Of a stretch of DNA of 64,000 nt, positions 60,571 through 64,000 are shown in pieces. Below the pieces are notes generated by a model. That model worked only from the letters and a program-made list of their open reading frames with translations, made no database searches and was not told the origin of the DNA. The DNA lies in assembly GCA_948466395.1 (NCBI GenBank), contig CAOKAG010000003.1:11062-75061 (forward strand), in the 5' to 3' direction. The DNA is from an uncultured Mycoplasmatota bacterium (GTDB taxonomy: Bacteria; Bacillota_I; Bacilli_A; RF39; UBA660). Position 1 is the stretch's first letter. Every line of letters begins with the position of its first letter. A program made the translations under genes and the position numbers.

Positions 60571-61779
60571 ATGCAAAAAGGAATACTGAAGTCAGTAATG
60601 GAAAACATGCGCAAAATGGACAAAACATTATTTTTAATGATCATTTTATATTCCATATTGGGATTAGTGATTATTTTAAGTGCCTCTAGTGTATCCGCTG
60701 TTTTACGTTATAAAGTGTCTTCGTACTACTTTTTTATTAAGCAACTCATTTTTGTCATTTTAGGTGTATTTATAGGATTAATCATCATTAATATTCCTAC
60801 TTATAAATATAAATGGCCAGCCTATCTTTTGATGGGTTTAACACTTAGTCTTTTAACGGCCGTTTTATTTATTGGTTTTGTCAGTAATAACGCTCAAAGT
60901 TGGTTCCGTAAAGGCATATTTAGTTATCAACCTGTAGAACTTGCCAAACCTGCTTTAATCTTTTTTATGGCAGAATTTTATAACTATCGATTAAAAAAAC
61001 AAAAGAAGAATCTTTATTTTAATTTAATTCCTCTAGTCGTTGCGGGCATTATTTTTATTTTAGTAGCAATGCAACCTGATTTAGGGGGCGCAATTATTAT
61101 TGGAGGCATGGCCTTTTTAATATTTATGACGCTACCTTTAGAAAAACAAAATCAACTAAAATTATTTAAAGTCATTGGTATAGCTTTGCTTTTTTTAGTC
61201 GTGATTGTACTTTATAGCGGAACCGATTTGTTAAACGCTCGTCAATTAAGTCGTTTACAATTTAAAAATCCTTGTACTCGCTACGCTGAGGAAACAGGGT
61301 ATCAAGTCTGCAATGGGTTTATTGCGATTCATAATGGAGGCTTATTTGGTGTAGGATTAGGAAACTCAAGTCAAAAATATTTATATTTGCCAGAAGCTCA
61401 TACCGATTTTATCTTTCCTATACTGGTAGAAGAATTAGGAGCAATCGTCGGAGTTTTCGTTTTACTAGGCTACATCTTTATTTTATATCGTATTTTAAAA
61501 ATAGGAAAAGAGGCAAGTGGAAATGTAAGAAATAGAATTTTATGCTATGGAACGTTTTCATATTTATTTTTACATTTAATGGTTAACTTAATGGGCGTAT
61601 TGGCACTTATTCCATTAACGGGTGTTCCCATTCCTTTTTTAACTTATGGTGGAAGCTATGCCTTAAGTTTAATTATCATGCTTTTTGTCGTTGAAAGAGT
61701 GGCTATTGAAAATAAAAAAGCAAAATATCGAAAAGAAATTGCAAGCTTATCTAAAAATAAAACAAAATTACCTTATTAA
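60571..61779 (+). CDS. SEDS-family peptidoglycan polymerase (FtsW/RodA/SpoVE)
   Basis: Ten-TM protein with 'QPVELAKPALI', 'PDLGGA', and 'HTDFIFPILVEELG'. Confidence 0.8.
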   Translation: MQKGILKSVMENMRKMDKTLFLMIILYSILGLVIILSASSVSAVLRYKVSSYYFFIKQLIFVILGVFIGLIIINIPTYKYKWPAYLLMGLTLSLLTAVLFIGFVSNNAQSWFRKGIFSYQPVELAKPALIFFMAEFYNYRLKKQKKNLYFNLIPLVVAGIIFILVAMQPDLGGAIIIGGMAFLIFMTLPLEKQNQLKLFKVIGIALLFLVVIVLYSGTDLLNARQLSRLQFKNPCTRYAEETGYQVCNGFIAIHNGGLFGVGLGNSSQKYLYLPEAHTDFIFPILVEELGAIVGVFVLLGYIFILYRILKIGKEASGNVRNRILCYGTFSYLFLHLMVNLMGVLALIPLTGVPIPFLTYGGSYALSLIIMLFVVERVAIENKKAKYRKEIASLSKNKTKLPY

Positions 61780-61822
61780 AAAAGGAAAAGACCAAATCAA
61801 AGGGTATATATAATTATAGGAG

Positions 61823-62479
61823 GTGAAAACATTGGAGAGAATGAAACTCTATTTAAAACAATCCTATATTTTATTAATTATAATTCTTTTATTGATAGCT
61901 TCAAACGGTTATTTTGTTTATCAATCCTTTTCTAAACAAGACGTAGAAAGAGCAGAAATAAGTTGTGATTGTCCTGAAATTCAAGAAGAAGTTCCTCTAG
62001 AAGAACCTAAAAAGAAACTAATAGTGGATTTAAAAGGATACGTAAAAAAACCAGGGGTTTATGAATTAGAAGAAGGAGCCATTATTAATGACTTACTAAA
62101 AAAAGCGGGAGGTCTTAAAACAAATGGAACCACAGAGAACATCAATTTAAGCAAAAAATTAAAAAATGAAGATATGATTGTTGTTATGTCTAAGGAAGAA
62201 CTAAAAAAAGAAAAGAGAGAAAACCAAAATAAAATAGAAAACACGCAAGAAGGACGTCCATCAACGAGTCCGACAATAACCCCAACAAAGGAAAAAATCG
62301 CCTTGAATAGTGCCACTATAGAGGAACTGATGACTTTAAATGGAATAGGGGAATCCAAAGCCATCAGTATAGTTGAATATCGAAAAAACACTCCTTTTAC
62401 TAAAATTGAAGACCTTTTAAACGTTTCAGGGATAGGAGAAGCTCTTTTTGAAAAAATTAAAGAATTTATTACAATCTAA
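61823..62479 (+). CDS. comEA: Competence protein ComEA (SLBB + tandem helix-hairpin-helix)
   Basis: GTG start after RBS GGAGG, N-terminal TM, 'VDLKGYVKKPGVYEL', and 'LMTLNGIGESKAISIVEYR...LLNVSGIGEALFEKI'. Confidence 0.75.
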   Translation: MKTLERMKLYLKQSYILLIIILLLIASNGYFVYQSFSKQDVERAEISCDCPEIQEEVPLEEPKKKLIVDLKGYVKKPGVYELEEGAIINDLLKKAGGLKTNGTTENINLSKKLKNEDMIVVMSKEELKKEKRENQNKIENTQEGRPSTSPTITPTKEKIALNSATIEELMTLNGIGESKAISIVEYRKNTPFTKIEDLLNVSGIGEALFEKIKEFITI

Positions 62480-64000
62480 GAGCTTCTTTTTTCTTTTAAT
62501 TAGTTTAAGTTGTATCTATGCGTTTATTGGGACTAAGGTAATAAAATATCATTCGATTTATAATGAAAATACCACTTTTCTTGAAGGGAAAATTGTTTCT
62601 TTTACAATAGATGGAGATAAATTAAGTTTAATTTTAAAGAAAAAAGAAAAAGTAAAAGTAACCTACACGATAAAAAAGAAAGAAGAAAAAGAACAACTGC
62701 AAAAAGAATTAAAAATAGGTTTAACATTAAACTTATATGGGAAAAAAGGCGAGCGAAGACCAGCTACGCTTCCTAATACCTTTGATTATGAAAAATATTT
62801 ATACAATAATCAAATTTATTTTACTTTTATAGCGGATCAATTAACCATCAAAGAAGATAAAATGGCGTTATTAGACCAATTAAAAAATTGTTTTATTACT
62901 AGAATAAAGGGTTTAGAAAATCATCCTTATTTAAACGCTTTCATTCTTGGCGATAAAACCTGGATTGAGCAAGAAGAATTTGAAACCATTACAGCCAATG
63001 GAGTCAGTCATTTGTTTGCATTATCTGGCATGCATTTATCATTAATTTATCTAATACTAAACAAGATATTAAAAAAAGTAAAAGGAAAAAAAATCATAAT
63101 TTATCTCGTGCTTATTCTATATTTAATAATCACAGGACTAACCATTTCCTTTTTAAGAGCCATACTCTTTATGTTTTTATTAGATTTAAATAAATGGTGC
63201 CATTGGAATTTTTCCAAAATAAAAATTTTAGTATTAACAGCGTGTCTATTAATTTTGAAAAATCCTTTTTATCTTTATCAAATGGGATTTTGGTTGACCT
63301 TTGTCATAACTTTTTCCCTTCTTTTTTGTAGCGGTCAACTAAAACCCTCTAATAAATGTTTAAATCTAGTTAAAATAAGTCTGATTACGTTTAGTTTTAG
63401 TTTGCCTCTATCCCTTTTTATGAATTATGAGATAAATATAACGTCTATTATAAATAATGTCATTTTTGTGCCATTAGTCAGTACGCTGATTTTTCCTTTA
63501 GCCCTTATAACTTTTATTTTTCCAATGGCCTTACCTCTTTTTAAATTATCAATTTCAATTTTATCTGTATTAAATGAACGAGCCGCCATTGCTTCTTTTT
63601 CAATTGTTGTAGGTAAAATTAAAATCATTGAAATTTTAATTTATTACATATTTTTACTTCTTTTAATAAAAAGAAAAAAGAAAAGATACCTTCTTTTATT
63701 AGTGGGATTTTGTCTATTAATTTATAACAAAAATCTGTGGGATGGTTCTTACCATGTTTATTATTTGGATGTGGGTCAAGGTGACGCTACGCTCTTAATT
63801 TCACCCCAGAGAAAAGAAGTGATTTTAATCGATACAGGTGGAAAACTAAGCTATGATAAAGAAGAGTGGCAAGAGCGAAAGAAAGAGTATGATTTAACAA
63901 AAAATTTAATTCTTTTTTTTAAAAGCCTTAAAATTACTAAAATAGATTTACTTATTCTTACTCATGGCGATTTGGATCATTTAGGTTACACATTAAAATT
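62448..64000 (+). CDS. comEC: ComEC/Rec2 DNA-uptake channel (partial; continues past the window end)
   Basis: Frame +1 relative to comEA, probable TTG start overlapping the comEA end. N-terminal OB-like region (DUF4131), the competence-domain signature 'GVSHLFALSGMHLSLIY', and the metallo-beta-lactamase start 'YYLDVGQGDATLLISPQRKEVILIDTGG'. Not in the ORF track because no stop lies within the window. Confidence 0.7.
   Translation, partial: MKKLKNLLQSKSFFFLLISLSCIYAFIGTKVIKYHSIYNENTTFLEGKIVSFTIDGDKLSLILKKKEKVKVTYTIKKKEEKEQLQKELKIGLTLNLYGKKGERRPATLPNTFDYEKYLYNNQIYFTFIADQLTIKEDKMALLDQLKNCFITRIKGLENHPYLNAFILGDKTWIEQEEFETITANGVSHLFALSGMHLSLIYLILNKILKKVKGKKIIIYLVLILYLIITGLTISFLRAILFMFLLDLNKWCHWNFSKIKILVLTACLLILKNPFYLYQMGFWLTFVITFSLLFCSGQLKPSNKCLNLVKISLITFSFSLPLSLFMNYEINITSIINNVIFVPLVSTLIFPLALITFIFPMALPLFKLSISILSVLNERAAIASFSIVVGKIKIIEILIYYIFLLLLIKRKKKRYLLLLVGFCLLIYNKNLWDGSYHVYYLDVGQGDATLLISPQRKEVILIDTGGKLSYDKEEWQERKKEYDLTKNLILFFKSLKITKIDLLILTHGDLDHLGYTLK

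Overview
This is a very AT-rich (roughly 27-29% GC) bacterial chromosome segment. It uses the standard genetic code: TGA and TAA are both used as stops throughout, so it is not a Mycoplasma-type code. Most of the window is conserved low-GC Firmicute housekeeping synteny on the + strand: priA-fmt ... rlmN-stp-prkC-rsgA-rpe, rnhB, an LtaS-family gene, topA, recD2, mutS, nusB-xseA-xseB-proS, rplU-prp-rpmA, trmB, obg, def, a SEDS-family gene and comEA-comEC. A minus-strand block carries radC-mreC-mreD followed by SpoIVFA-like and SpoIVFB-like genes, plus SpoIVB, and a YjcZ-like small protein and a CotH-like gene are also present; these argue that the organism is, or descends from, an endospore-forming Firmicute. 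The accessory content falls into four groups. (1) 5.7-11.7 kb holds a Doc/Fic-like gene, a frameshifted B3/4-domain gene, a candidate phase-variable promoter with a G10 tract in its spacer, and a tight two-gene module ending in a Zn-ribbon/coiled-coil/RmuC-like nuclease. (2) 15.0-16.7 kb holds three small accessory genes, one with an in-frame stop, sitting where def and rsmB would normally lie. (3) 22-30.5 kb is an island with an XRE-type membrane regulator, secreted proteins including a C39-like papain-fold peptidase, and an ABC cassette (two FtsX-like permeases plus an ATPase with a 5' frameshift) bracketed by a ~1.1 kb direct repeat, a gene and its decayed copy. (4) 54.7-59.6 kb is a complete Gram-positive-type Tad/Flp pilus locus next to a DUF192 gene. 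Several gene disruptions sit exactly at homopolymer tracts; these may be sequencing errors or genuine contingency/decay sites. No rRNA, tRNA or CRISPR array was found.
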